Below, piece by piece: positions 1 through 8,832 of a stretch of DNA of 64,000 nucleotides. This DNA is from an uncultured beta proteobacterium. GTDB lineage: Bacteria > Pseudomonadota > Gammaproteobacteria > Burkholderiales > JACQAP01. The DNA lies in contig CAWJWT010000002.1 in NCBI GenBank assembly GCA_963846655.1, positions 957,870 through 1,021,869 of the forward strand, in the 5' to 3' direction. Below the pieces are notes generated by a model. The model made no database searches. It was not told where the DNA came from and was given only the letters and a program-made list of their open reading frames with translations. The position numbers and the translations under genes are program-made. How positions within the stretch are numbered: position 1 is the stretch's first letter; every line of letters begins with the position of its first letter.

Positions 1-13
1 TCGCAAGGCGCTA

Positions 14-454
14 TCAGCGATACACCATGACCGGAATTTTGGTATGGGTGAGCACCCGCGCCGTTTCGCTGCCCAGTAACATGGCACTGAGCCCGCGCCG
101 GCCGTGCGAGGCCATGAAAATCAGATCGCAGCCTTTGGTTCCCGCCGCCTCGATGATGGCTTCCCACGGGTGATCGTTGGTCACCAGCACGGATTCGCAG
201 GCCACCCCCGCTTCGCGCGCGCGATGCTCGAGGGCCTCGACCAGGCGCTGACCGCGCACCTTGGCGTCGCGCTCGAATTGCTCGGCCAGAATGTCGCTGG
301 GGCCGGCTTCCGTGTAAATGAGGTACGACGTGGCGGGGATCGCATGGAAGGCCACCACGCTGGCGCGGGCGAACTTCGCGAAATCGATGCCTTTTTGGGC
401 CGCCGATTCGCATAGCGCCGAGCCGTCGGTTGGCAGCAGGATTTTGTTGTACAT
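14..454 (-). CDS. universal stress protein (UspA family)
   Basis: 146-aa ORF with a Usp-type N-terminus MYNKILLPTDGS and C-terminal LLGSETARVLTHTKIPVMVYR. Called from motif recognition only. Confidence 0.85.
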   Translation of the reverse strand: MYNKILLPTDGSALCESAAQKGIDFAKFARASVVAFHAIPATSYLIYTEAGPSDILAEQFERDAKVRGQRLVEALEHRAREAGVACESVLVTNDHPWEAIIEAAGTKGCDLIFMASHGRRGLSAMLLGSETARVLTHTKIPVMVYR

Positions 455-567
455 CGTGCCCTCCCTATCGCGTTAACGTTCGATATTTATAGACCCTTGC
501 GATGCCTTATGGATAATTATCGCGCGCAACGGCATGCATTGGAAACGCCCGCCTACCCACCAGGAGC

Positions 568-1716
568 ATGATGAAGATAACCGACTTGCATATCCACGTT
601 CTGAAAAGCGCGCTCAGCGAACCTTTTGCGTTCTCCCAGGGCTGGGTCAGACAACGCTCCGCGACCCTGCTGGAAATCGTCACGGACGAAGGGGTCAGCG
701 GCTGGGGCGAGGCTTTCGCACAGGGCATGGAGCCCCCGGAAATCGCGGCGACCGTCATCGACAAGGCCTTGAAGCCGCTGCTCATCGGCGCCGATCCGCT
801 CGATATCGAGGTGCTCTGGCACCGCATGTATCACATGACCCGCGACTTCGGCCGCAAGGGCTCGGTGGTCTCGGGCATCAGCGCCGTGGATATCGCGCTC
901 TGGGACATCGCCGGCAAGTTCTACGACGTGCCCGTTTACAAACTGCTGGGGGGCGCTTTTCGCACGCGCGTGCAGCCTTATGCGACCGGGTTTTACCGCA
1001 TCAAGGGCCAGGGCGAAGCCAAGCGCCTGGCGGAGGAGGCGCTGCGGCATTTCGACGCGGGGTTCTCGTTCATGAAAATCAAGCTGGGGTATGGCGTCGA
1101 CGACGATATCGCATGCATGAAGGAAATCGGCCGCGCCATCCAGGGCAAAGCCATCACGCTGATGGTCGATACCAACCATGCTTACGGACGCGCGGAGGCG
1201 CTGCGCCTGGGCCGGGCGCTGCAGGAATACGATCTGCGCTGGTATGAAGAGCCGGTGGTGCCCGAGGATGTGCAGGGTTATGCCGAAATGAGGCGGCAAT
1301 TGTCGATGCCGATTGCCGGCGGCGAGAACGAACATACGCTTTACGGCTTCCGCGAATTTCTGGGCGCGGGCGCCGTGGACATCGCGCAGCCGGATCTGGG
1401 CTCCTGCGGCGGTCTGTCGGCGGGCCGGCATATCCTTGCCCTGGCGCAATCGCACGGCGTGCAGGTCAATCCCCACGTCTGGGGCTCCGCGATCGCGCAG
1501 GCGGCATCGTTGCAATTTCTCGCGGCGCTGCCGGTTGCCCATCATTCGCTGTTCGCGCAGGAACCCGTGCTCGAGTATGACCGCTCCGCGCACCCGTTTC
1601 GCCAGCACCTGGTCAGCCGCCCCATCGAGCACACCGGCGGGTGGGTCGAAATTCCCTCCGGTCCGGGGCTCGGCGTCGAAGTGGATCGCGCCGTGCTGGC
1701 GAAGTTTCGTGCCTGA
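568..1716 (+). CDS. enolase-superfamily enzyme (mandelate racemase/muconate lactonizing family)
   Basis: 382-aa ORF carrying superfamily motifs FMKIKLG, LMVDTNHAY, RWYEEP, IAGGENE and DIAQPDLGSCGG. Confidence 0.85.
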   Translation: MMKITDLHIHVLKSALSEPFAFSQGWVRQRSATLLEIVTDEGVSGWGEAFAQGMEPPEIAATVIDKALKPLLIGADPLDIEVLWHRMYHMTRDFGRKGSVVSGISAVDIALWDIAGKFYDVPVYKLLGGAFRTRVQPYATGFYRIKGQGEAKRLAEEALRHFDAGFSFMKIKLGYGVDDDIACMKEIGRAIQGKAITLMVDTNHAYGRAEALRLGRALQEYDLRWYEEPVVPEDVQGYAEMRRQLSMPIAGGENEHTLYGFREFLGAGAVDIAQPDLGSCGGLSAGRHILALAQSHGVQVNPHVWGSAIAQAASLQFLAALPVAHHSLFAQEPVLEYDRSAHPFRQHLVSRPIEHTGGWVEIPSGPGLGVEVDRAVLAKFRA

Positions 1717-1748
1717 AGCCATGTGCGGGCCATAGCCATAGCAACGTC

Positions 1749-2264
1749 ATGACCGACACCCGTTCATTCGCGCCCATAACGAAATCGGATCTGAAGAAGC
1801 TCGCGCGCATTGCGCGCACGGAGCGCGAGGATTTTTTCGAGCGCCATCGCGAATGGGCCCTGCTTTATCGCAAACGCGTGCTGTGCGCCGCGCTGTGCGG
1901 CGATGCGGCGCTGCACTTCAGCAACGGCTCATCCGGCGTCGAAGTCTTCGACGTGTGGACTTTTTACGCCGAGCATGCCGAGGCGCCGTTTCCGCTCCAG
2001 CAATTGGTCAAGGCCGATTTCGGCGAATCCAAGTTCGGCCGCGATGCGGCCAGCGTCGCCTACCTGGGACGCCAGATTGCGCTGCGGGGCCGCTCGCTCG
2101 ATTGCAGGCCCGGTGACGACCCGATCGAAGTCCTGCAACGCTATCTGCGCAGTGGCGCGACGCCGTCCGCACGCGCCCTGCGCGAAAAAGCCGTGGTCTT
2201 GATCGAGCCGGAAGCGTTTCTGGGTTACGTCGTCTGGCCGTCGCTGGCGATGCCGGGGGCGTGA
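1749..2264 (+). CDS. hypothetical protein
   Basis: Internal ATG (MTDTRSFAPITKSDLKK...) of ORF 1641..2264, lying just after the stop of the upstream gene. No motif recognised. Confidence 0.5.
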   Translation: MTDTRSFAPITKSDLKKLARIARTEREDFFERHREWALLYRKRVLCAALCGDAALHFSNGSSGVEVFDVWTFYAEHAEAPFPLQQLVKADFGESKFGRDAASVAYLGRQIALRGRSLDCRPGDDPIEVLQRYLRSGATPSARALREKAVVLIEPEAFLGYVVWPSLAMPGA

Positions 2265-2288
2265 TTTAAGGCGGGTACAAGTAACGCG

Positions 2289-2308
2289 GCCCCGGATGCG
2301 GGGCGTTT
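2289..2308 (+). terminator. possible rho-independent terminator
   Basis: Hairpin GCCCCG-gatg-CGGGGC followed by GTTT, 25 nt after the stop at 2264. The T-tail is weak. Confidence 0.4.
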
Positions 2309-2774
2309 CGCTCCGCATTCGAGGCCGTCGTCTTCTTATTAAGCCAGCTGGCGAAGCCGGCAGATAATGCCTCTGCGTCGGCTGGCTACTCCTCCCCCCG
2401 GCTGTGTGGCCAGAAGCCTTCCTTGCATCGAACCGGCATTGCCGGTGCGGCAAATTCTGCTGGTTCAGTGTCGCAACAGATTCCCCCACGGTCTGGAGAC
2501 CGCTGGCGGGGCGACGACGTTGCCATGGGGGCACAACGCGGGGCACTCGCCGGGGTATCGGTTGCAAACCACGGCGATGCATTCGCGGGAGCAGGGATGT
2601 CGATCACTGAGACATCGCCCGTCCCATTTGAACTGCACTGGGGCCGGTCAACACCGAACACCTGTACGAATTTCAATTCAACGAATATGAAACTCACACA
2701 GTGGGGCGCAGCCTAACCGTCCCCGGGTAATGGCGTCAATCTTGCACTGCGTCACGCGCGGAATCCGGCGCCAG

Positions 2775-2880
2775 GCGCGGCAGGCAAGGCAGAGGGCAGA
2801 ACTCGGGCAGGCAGTTTAAGAGTGGAAGGCAGAAGGGCAGAAGTCGGGCAGGCAGTTCAAAGGTGGAAAGAAGAAGGGCG
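2775..2880. repeat. simple-word repeat (GGCAGA / GGCAGGCAGTT words)
   Basis: Two ~40-bp near-copies of ggcagaaNtcgggcaggcagttNaaNNgtggaa. The complementary words (cccttctgccctctg) recur at ~36,185. Confidence 0.5.
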
Positions 2881-3032
2881 CGTCACGTCTGGCGTCATAC
2901 GATTCGGCAAGGCACCGAGCAAGGCGGCGCGGAAAACCGTTCGAGATCCGCCTGCAGGCAAAGAAAACGGCGCCCCGTGTTACCGGGGCGCCGCTGATTT
3001 TATTGCAGTTTGTACTATCGGGTCAGAGGCGT

Positions 3033-3293
3033 TCAGCTGCGACCAAAGGCGATTGACGACTGGTTCGCGCCGACGGCGATCTTGGTATCGCCCCTGGCGC
3101 TGTCGCGACCGGCGTCTGCTACATCGCCGGGTTGCGTAGCGACGGCACCGACGATCCGGACGTTCGGCACGCCTGCGCGGCCGTAAACATTGGCCACGTT
3201 GTCGATCTGGTAGGTGCCGACGCCGGTCTCGGCGAATGCACTGGTAGTAGCAATGGCGAATCCTGCGGCGACGATAAATTTGGTTGCGTTCAT
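3033..3293 (-). CDS. small secreted protein, unknown function
   Basis: 86 aa from the internal ATG, with signal-peptide-like MNATKFIVAAGFAIATTSAFA-ET. Confidence 0.55.
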   Translation of the reverse strand: MNATKFIVAAGFAIATTSAFAETGVGTYQIDNVANVYGRAGVPNVRIVGAVATQPGDVADAGRDSARGDTKIAVGANQSSIAFGRS

Positions 3294-3560
3294 TTGATCT
3301 CCATCCAATTAAGAATAACTGCACGGGTTATTGCGAGATCCCCGGCAATTATTCGGGGTAGGACGAAAACCCTTTCGCCCATCGCATGGACGCCATTAAA
3401 CACGTTTGGCGCGTTGCACAATAGTCCCGGATTTTAAATATGACCTATGCCAAATCGGAATGTAACGGCTGGGTAAAATCGAGGTCGTGGGTTCGCGGAC
3501 CGAGTGCGGTAGCGGATTGCGTCGCGCAGGGCTGCGTTTCCGCAGTGCAATGCAAGACGT

Positions 3561-4919
3561 TTGCGCACGCGGCATAATGTGGCCCGCGGCTTCCCCCTCC
3601 TCAAACTCTTGAATTACCAACAGCCCCTTGTATCCGTGCATTTATTGAGAAAAATCAAGCTTCTGGCCGTCAGCGTCTGGCGCGCCGCACGGGTCGCGCG
3701 CAAATGCCGTTTGCTCGGCATTCTGGTCGTAGCACTGTGTGCAGGGATGGCCGGGGCCGCGGAACAACGGCTCGCCGCGCAGGAAACCGTGATTGCGGGC
3801 GATTACTTCGGAGCGGGCGCGGATGCGTCCCCTGCCGCGCCCGTCGAGGGCGATGCGTTCATTGCGGCCGCGCAAGTGCAATTGCGCCACGCAGTGGTCG
3901 GGGATGCAGTGTTGGCGGGAGGGGGCGTGACGATTGCCGGGCGTGTGGGCGGCAACCTGTATGCAACCGGCGCCAGCATCAGCGTCGACGGACCGGTCGC
4001 GGGCAATGCGCGACTCGCCGGGGGCCAGGTCGAGATCACGCGCTCGGGGCAAGTATCCGGCAGGACCACGCTGGTCGGGGGAAAGGCCACCATCCTCGGC
4101 AAAGCCGGCCGTCAACTCACGATATTCAGCGAACATGTCATGCTCGATGGCGACGTTGCGGGCAATGTGACGATCGCGTCGCGCTCCCTGTCCATCGGAC
4201 CGAACGCGCGCGTATCCGGCATGCTGACGTACCGTGGCTCGCAGCCCGCGCACATCGACCCCGGGGCAGTCCTGGGCGGGGGCATCAATTACACGAGTTT
4301 CGATTTCGAGGACGAGACTTACCAGCCGGTCGCGCGCGTGATCGCCTGGATCGGCGTCATAGCATTCACCGTCGGGTTGTTTCTGATCGGCATGCTGGCC
4401 ATACTTTTTCTGCCGGCCTCTACGGCGCACGTGAGCCGGCTCGCGCGAGGCCGACCCCTGTCGTCGCTGGGTCTCGGACTTGTCGCGATCGTTTGCGTAC
4501 CGATTGCGGTCATTTTGCTGATGCTGACCATCGTGGGCATTCCTTTCGCCTTCATGCTGCTGCTGGTCTGGCCCATGATTCTCATTTTTGGTTATCTGGC
4601 GGGCGTCATGGCGGTCAGCGATGCGGTCGCCGGCCCCAACGCCGAGGCCAAAGGCCGCCGCATTTTCTTGCTCGCGATGGGCCTCGGGGTCATGCTGCTG
4701 TTCGCGCGCGTGCCTTTCGCCGGCTGGATCATCGGCATGTTGCTGCTGACCATGGGAGTAGGCGCGATGGCCCTCCATGCGATGGGCGCCACGGTGCCGG
4801 TCAGGGTCCGCAAGGAAAAGCGCAAGGCCGCCGGCGAAATCGCCGAACCGGCGGCACGCACGGAACCAACTTTTGATGAACGTCGAACAGGTGACGATGA
4901 ACAACACGATACGCGGTAA
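3561..4919 (+). CDS. membrane protein with bactofilin-like (polymer-forming, beta-helical G-x-V/I-x-G) repeats
   Basis: N-terminal half has repeated GDAVLAGGGVTIAGRVGGNLYATGASISVDGPVAGNARLAGGQVEI... The C-terminal half has about four hydrophobic helices. The true start is uncertain, possibly GTG ~3636. Confidence 0.6.
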   Translation: MRTRHNVARGFPLLKLLNYQQPLVSVHLLRKIKLLAVSVWRAARVARKCRLLGILVVALCAGMAGAAEQRLAAQETVIAGDYFGAGADASPAAPVEGDAFIAAAQVQLRHAVVGDAVLAGGGVTIAGRVGGNLYATGASISVDGPVAGNARLAGGQVEITRSGQVSGRTTLVGGKATILGKAGRQLTIFSEHVMLDGDVAGNVTIASRSLSIGPNARVSGMLTYRGSQPAHIDPGAVLGGGINYTSFDFEDETYQPVARVIAWIGVIAFTVGLFLIGMLAILFLPASTAHVSRLARGRPLSSLGLGLVAIVCVPIAVILLMLTIVGIPFAFMLLLVWPMILIFGYLAGVMAVSDAVAGPNAEAKGRRIFLLAMGLGVMLLFARVPFAGWIIGMLLLTMGVGAMALHAMGATVPVRVRKEKRKAAGEIAEPAARTEPTFDERRTGDDEQHDTR

Positions 4920-5610
4920 GCATGTTCTGGCGTTGGTGATCGCAATGGCGGCCCTGGCGGGCTGCGCGGTGGTCAAAAAAGTAACGGACGCCGGCGCAGA
5001 CAAGGACATCGGGCGCGTCATTACGCTCGACGATGGCACCACTTGCAGCGAACCCGCCGGCCTGACGCAGAGCCGTCAGCTCCCCGGTGCGGTCCAACTC
5101 AAAGCGCTGGTCGAGGCCGACACCACGCTCGACGAGCTACTGACCCAGGCGAAGGCACTGCCCCTCAAACCCGAGGAAGTCGAAGCGGTGTATTACGATG
5201 CCTGCCGCGCCTTCGCAAACGCCGAAATTGAGAAGCCCGCTTTCGACGAGCACCGGACCGTCTATCGCGCGGTGCGCCAGCACGTCTTCTCGCAAGGCAT
5301 CAAGCAGTGGCAGGAAAAGAAACAAGGCATCGCCGACCCCGGCAAGCTTTGCCTGGTCAGGCTTCCCGATACCGATCCCGACCACCGCAGCTTCACGCGG
5401 GTAGTGCCCGACTATTCCACCGTCAACGATTGCGCCCGCCTGGCCGTGCAAAACGGCAGCAATGAAATCCTGCTCGGCTGCACCGCAGGAAATTGGGAAA
5501 ACACCTGGGCGAAGAAGCCGATTGCAGTCGACCCGGCAGCCCGCAAGCCACTCGCCTTGACCGCCCGTGGCACCGATCGGGCCCCCGAGCCGGATTGCGG
5601 ATGGAATTGA
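4897..5610 (+). CDS. lipoprotein, unknown function
   Basis: Internal ATG gives MNNTIRGKHVLALVIAMAALAGC, which is a lipobox. It overlaps the upstream gene by ~20 nt, suggesting an operon. Confidence 0.65.
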   Translation: MNNTIRGKHVLALVIAMAALAGCAVVKKVTDAGADKDIGRVITLDDGTTCSEPAGLTQSRQLPGAVQLKALVEADTTLDELLTQAKALPLKPEEVEAVYYDACRAFANAEIEKPAFDEHRTVYRAVRQHVFSQGIKQWQEKKQGIADPGKLCLVRLPDTDPDHRSFTRVVPDYSTVNDCARLAVQNGSNEILLGCTAGNWENTWAKKPIAVDPAARKPLALTARGTDRAPEPDCGWN

Positions 5611-5614
5611 AGGC

Positions 5615-5970
5615 GCGTGACGAGCGTGACGACGTGACGGCGTGACGATCGTAAGTGCCGTGAATATCGTGAATGTCGTGAATGTCGTGAATGTCGTGTC
5701 CCTGAAGGGATACCGGGCTAGCGCCCATAAATATCGTGTCCCTGAAGGGATACCGGGCTAGCGGAATGTCGCGGTCACCTGACATTAACGCCAACGCGCG
5801 ACCGGGCCAACGCCCGTAATGCCGGCTAAGCGGTGAATGCGCCGGCAGTGAAGGGTGTTTAGGTATTTACGACATTCACGACATTCACGATATTCACGAC
5901 ATTCACGGCCTTTACGACCGTCACGCCGTCACGACCGTCACGCGTCACCGTCACGTCGTCACCGTCACGC
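5615..5970. repeat. TCACG word-arm palindromic element (copy 1)
   Basis: Left arm has GTGACGN / GTGAATGTC tandem words. The core has 2x gtgtccctgaagggataccgggctagcg(cccataaat). The right arm has CATTCACGA x4 then CGTCACGN words, the reverse complement of the left arm. Confidence 0.9.
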
Positions 5971-5977
5971 GCAGTTC

Positions 5978-6976
5978 TCATCTCACCCTATATCCTCTCG
6001 GCGGCATGAACAGCGATTCATGCAAGGGCGCCATCGTGTGGACTTTCACTTCCGACATGAACGTAAAAAGCGGCTTGTCGCCGAGGTTTTTCAGGGAGTC
6101 GCCCGTCGAGCAGGCGTCGCCGGACAGGTGCCATTTGAGATGCATCAGCACCGGGTGGCCCTTCGCTTTGTGCAGCCCTTGCGCACCGCCAAGAAATTTC
6201 TTGCGATCCGCCGGGGTGACACTGGCATACAGGTAACGGTCGATCAACAAGGCGGCTTCGGAGGGCAGGAATTGCGCGTGGTTGGCGTCGGAGGGGCTGC
6301 CCAGAATCTTGTCGAGCGAGCTGGCGTAGGTTTGTTCGAGCGCGATTGCATCCTGCAGCGCCGGCGTCATGGGCGTGGTCCACAGGTCGATGCTGATGGT
6401 GCTGGTGGATTCGTGCGCGGCATTGTCGCGCAAGGTGACGATCCATTTGACGTCGTACTGTTCGGCGCTGAAGCCGTTGACATTGCGCTTGCGACCGGTT
6501 GGTTCCACGGAGAGGGCGCTCGACCCGACCTTGAGCCTGCATGCGGATTTCTGGCTTCGGGCCGCCGCGGTGAGTTGCCTGGTCGGTGATTTTGCCGGCG
6601 CTCGCTCGGCGCAACGGGCAAGCGGGCACTTGATGGCCTTGCGGTTGCTGGCGTCGAGCTTCAGGCCGATATTCTGGTCGAGCAGTTCGATGACGATGTC
6701 TTTTTGTTCCCCGGCCACCGAACTGGCACTGGAATTCCGCACGCTCGACTCGTTGCGCCGTTTATCCGCACGGGTGTAACTCACGCGGGTGCTTTCGAAT
6801 TCCGGGAAGTCGCGCGTGCCGCCGCTGACCACGCGCGTTTCCCGCACGGCGGTCGGATTCACCGGCGTGAAATCCGGGTCTTTCGAGGCGAGGCCCGAGC
6901 AAGCTGACAGGGCCAATGCAGCAAGGATCGGCGCCGCACAGGTCCCCCGGCGGGCGTTCCTGCTGCTTCCAACCAT
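5978..6976 (-). CDS. lipoprotein, unknown function
   Basis: Internal ATG gives MVGSSRNARRGTCAAPILAALALSAC (lipobox), 332 aa. The stop lies within 10 nt of the repeat arm. Confidence 0.6.
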   Translation of the reverse strand: MVGSSRNARRGTCAAPILAALALSACSGLASKDPDFTPVNPTAVRETRVVSGGTRDFPEFESTRVSYTRADKRRNESSVRNSSASSVAGEQKDIVIELLDQNIGLKLDASNRKAIKCPLARCAERAPAKSPTRQLTAAARSQKSACRLKVGSSALSVEPTGRKRNVNGFSAEQYDVKWIVTLRDNAAHESTSTISIDLWTTPMTPALQDAIALEQTYASSLDKILGSPSDANHAQFLPSEAALLIDRYLYASVTPADRKKFLGGAQGLHKAKGHPVLMHLKWHLSGDACSTGDSLKNLGDKPLFTFMSEVKVHTMAPLHESLFMPPRGYRVR

Positions 6977-7193
6977 GTAGGGTGCTCCCGATTGAGTTTT
7001 CGCGAGTTTACCCCCAGGTCCGGGTTCTGGCGCGCGCGATGTTTTCGCAACGAAAACGACCTGCAACGCAAACGACATTTGCGGAATAGATGTATTCTGC
7101 CGCCGGTTGTGCCCGTGTTGTTGAGGCCGGCCGGCGTTGCTGCTCGGTGAACCGGTCGGCGCGCAACGTCCACGAAAAATCCAGGGAGGCCAC

Positions 7194-7646
7194 ATGTTCG
7201 AATCCGTTCGCTTCGTCACCAATTTCCTGGCGCTTTACGCCGCCGCACCCGGTTCCGGCGCACAGGAGTGCAGCGGCACCATTACCGTCGAGGAGGCGCT
7301 CAAGGCCGAGGACGCCCGCTTCAAGGCGCAGATGGGCGCAGACGCCGCAGCCATGAACAAGCTGTTTGGCGACGATCTGGTTTATATCCACTCCAGTACC
7401 GTGGTCGATACCAAGGCGAGCTTCATCGAGTCGATTACTTCGGGCAACGTCAAATACCGGACGATGAGCCGGGGGAACCCGACAGTGCGCACCTATGGCA
7501 GCATGGCCATCGTCGCGGGCAGTGCCAAGTTTGAGGTCACCGTGAAAGGCGAAAACCGCACGCTGGACCTGCTCTATCACGCCATCTGGGCAAAACGCGC
7601 GGCGGGCATACAATTCGTCTCCTGGCAAGCAACCAAAAAGAGTTGA
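7194..7646 (+). CDS. SnoaL/NTF2-like (DUF4440-like) protein with signal peptide
   Basis: MFESVRFVTNFLALYAAAPGSGA signal. The ~130-aa body (EDARFKAQMGADAAAMNKLFGDDLVYIHSS...) is typical of the NTF2-like fold. Confidence 0.55.
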   Translation: MFESVRFVTNFLALYAAAPGSGAQECSGTITVEEALKAEDARFKAQMGADAAAMNKLFGDDLVYIHSSTVVDTKASFIESITSGNVKYRTMSRGNPTVRTYGSMAIVAGSAKFEVTVKGENRTLDLLYHAIWAKRAAGIQFVSWQATKKS

Positions 7647-7768
7647 ACGGGTCAACAGTCGATCGCGAACAAGTTGGGATCGGGTGTTTGCCCTTCGGTG
7701 ATGAAGGCGCGTGATTCTGGCAAGACACTACACGACCCCCCACAGGCAATTGGAAGCGAAACAGAACC

Positions 7769-8830
7769 ATGAACATCCCGACAGAGCCGATCGGCAGCAT
7801 TCCCCGTCCTGCAGAGTTGATTGACGCGGTCGCGCGGCTCGGCGACAGCGAGGCCGCCGAGCTGAATCCCCTCTACGAAGCGGCAATCCAGGATACCGTC
7901 GAGCGCTTCGAGGCCACCGGCTCGCCCGTCATCACGGATGGCGAGCAGCGCAAATACCACAACTTCTGGACTTATTGCGTACACGGGCTGCCGAATACGG
8001 CGCCGGACGGATTCAAGATACCGTTTATAGCCGGGCACACGCGGCGGATGTTGCGGTTGACCAGCGGGCCGTTTCGTTACAAGCGCTACGCGGACCGATA
8101 CCTCGAAGCAGCGCAGCAATTTGCGCACGTGCCGGTGAAACAGGCGGTGATTTCGCCGTCCGCGCTGAGCCTCATGTATCCGGCAGAGGGCATACCCGGC
8201 TATTCCCGGGACGAATTCCTCGACGATTTGCTGGCCGAGAACGAGGCGGAAATGCGCCGCTGCCTGGAAAAGGGCGCGCACACGGTGCAGATCGATTTCA
8301 CGGAAGGCCGGCTGGCCATGAAAATCGATCCGTCCGGACAGTTGCTGACCAGCTTCATCGACCTGAACAATATGGCTTTGTCGCGTTTTTCCGCGGGAGA
8401 GCGCCAGCGTATCGGCGTGCATACCTGCCCGGGCGGCGATCGGGATTCCACCCATAGCGCGGATGTCGATTACGCGGAATTGTTGCCCAGCCTGTTCGAA
8501 CTCAAGGCAGGTAATTTCTACATCGCCCTTGCCGGCGAGCCGGACCGCGAACGCGTGCTCAAAATCATCCGCGAGTTCAGAAAGCCCGAGCAGCGTGTGT
8601 TCGTTGGCGTCGTTTCGCCCATTTCGCCGCGCATCGAAACGCCGGAGGAAATCCGCGACCGCATCCTCGAGGCAGCTCGCTACATTCCCGCGGACCGGCT
8701 CGGCACGACCGACGATTGCGGTTTTTCTCCCTTCTGTGACGACACCTCGACGACCCGCGATACCGCATTTGCGAAAATCACGGCGCGTGTGCAGGGGACC
8801 GCCATGGCGTCCAAACTCATCGGGGGCTGA
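7769..8830 (+). CDS. cobalamin-independent methionine synthase II (MetE C-terminal-like) family protein
   Basis: 353 aa with N-terminal IGSIPRP and Zn-ligand contexts IGVHTCPGG and TTDDCGFSPF. Confidence 0.85.
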   Translation: MNIPTEPIGSIPRPAELIDAVARLGDSEAAELNPLYEAAIQDTVERFEATGSPVITDGEQRKYHNFWTYCVHGLPNTAPDGFKIPFIAGHTRRMLRLTSGPFRYKRYADRYLEAAQQFAHVPVKQAVISPSALSLMYPAEGIPGYSRDEFLDDLLAENEAEMRRCLEKGAHTVQIDFTEGRLAMKIDPSGQLLTSFIDLNNMALSRFSAGERQRIGVHTCPGGDRDSTHSADVDYAELLPSLFELKAGNFYIALAGEPDRERVLKIIREFRKPEQRVFVGVVSPISPRIETPEEIRDRILEAARYIPADRLGTTDDCGFSPFCDDTSTTRDTAFAKITARVQGTAMASKLIGG

Positions 8831-8832
8831 AA

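Noticed and set aside
553-1722. Long antisense or overlapping ORFs throughout, for example 553..1722(-), 3642..5042(-), 14597..15886(-), 24834..26366(-), 26436..28100(-), 31440..32522(-), 33201..34319(-) and many in 38.8-64 kb.
   Set aside because: They shadow better-supported genes on the other strand, are Arg/Pro/Gly-rich as expected from out-of-frame high-GC DNA, and carry no recognisable motifs.
2386-2716. ORFs in the 2,264-3,033 gap (2386..2697(-), 2423..2716(+)) or a structured RNA there.
   Set aside because: No convincing start context, motifs or conserved RNA structure could be recognised by eye. The region is left unannotated apart from the word repeat.
5855-6589. ORFs reading through the TCACG word arrays, for example 5855..6589, 24081..24404, 34322..34612 and 35227..35436, with peptides like SRHSRHSRP and VTTVTSSRRH.
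   Set aside because: They are translations of 8-9-nt tandem words. The periodicity is not a multiple of 3 throughout, and the arrays occur in both orientations.
7646-7769. Riboswitch (cobalamin, SAM or SAH) upstream of the MetE-like gene.
   Set aside because: The leader is only ~120 nt, and I could not find the conserved cores of these riboswitch classes.
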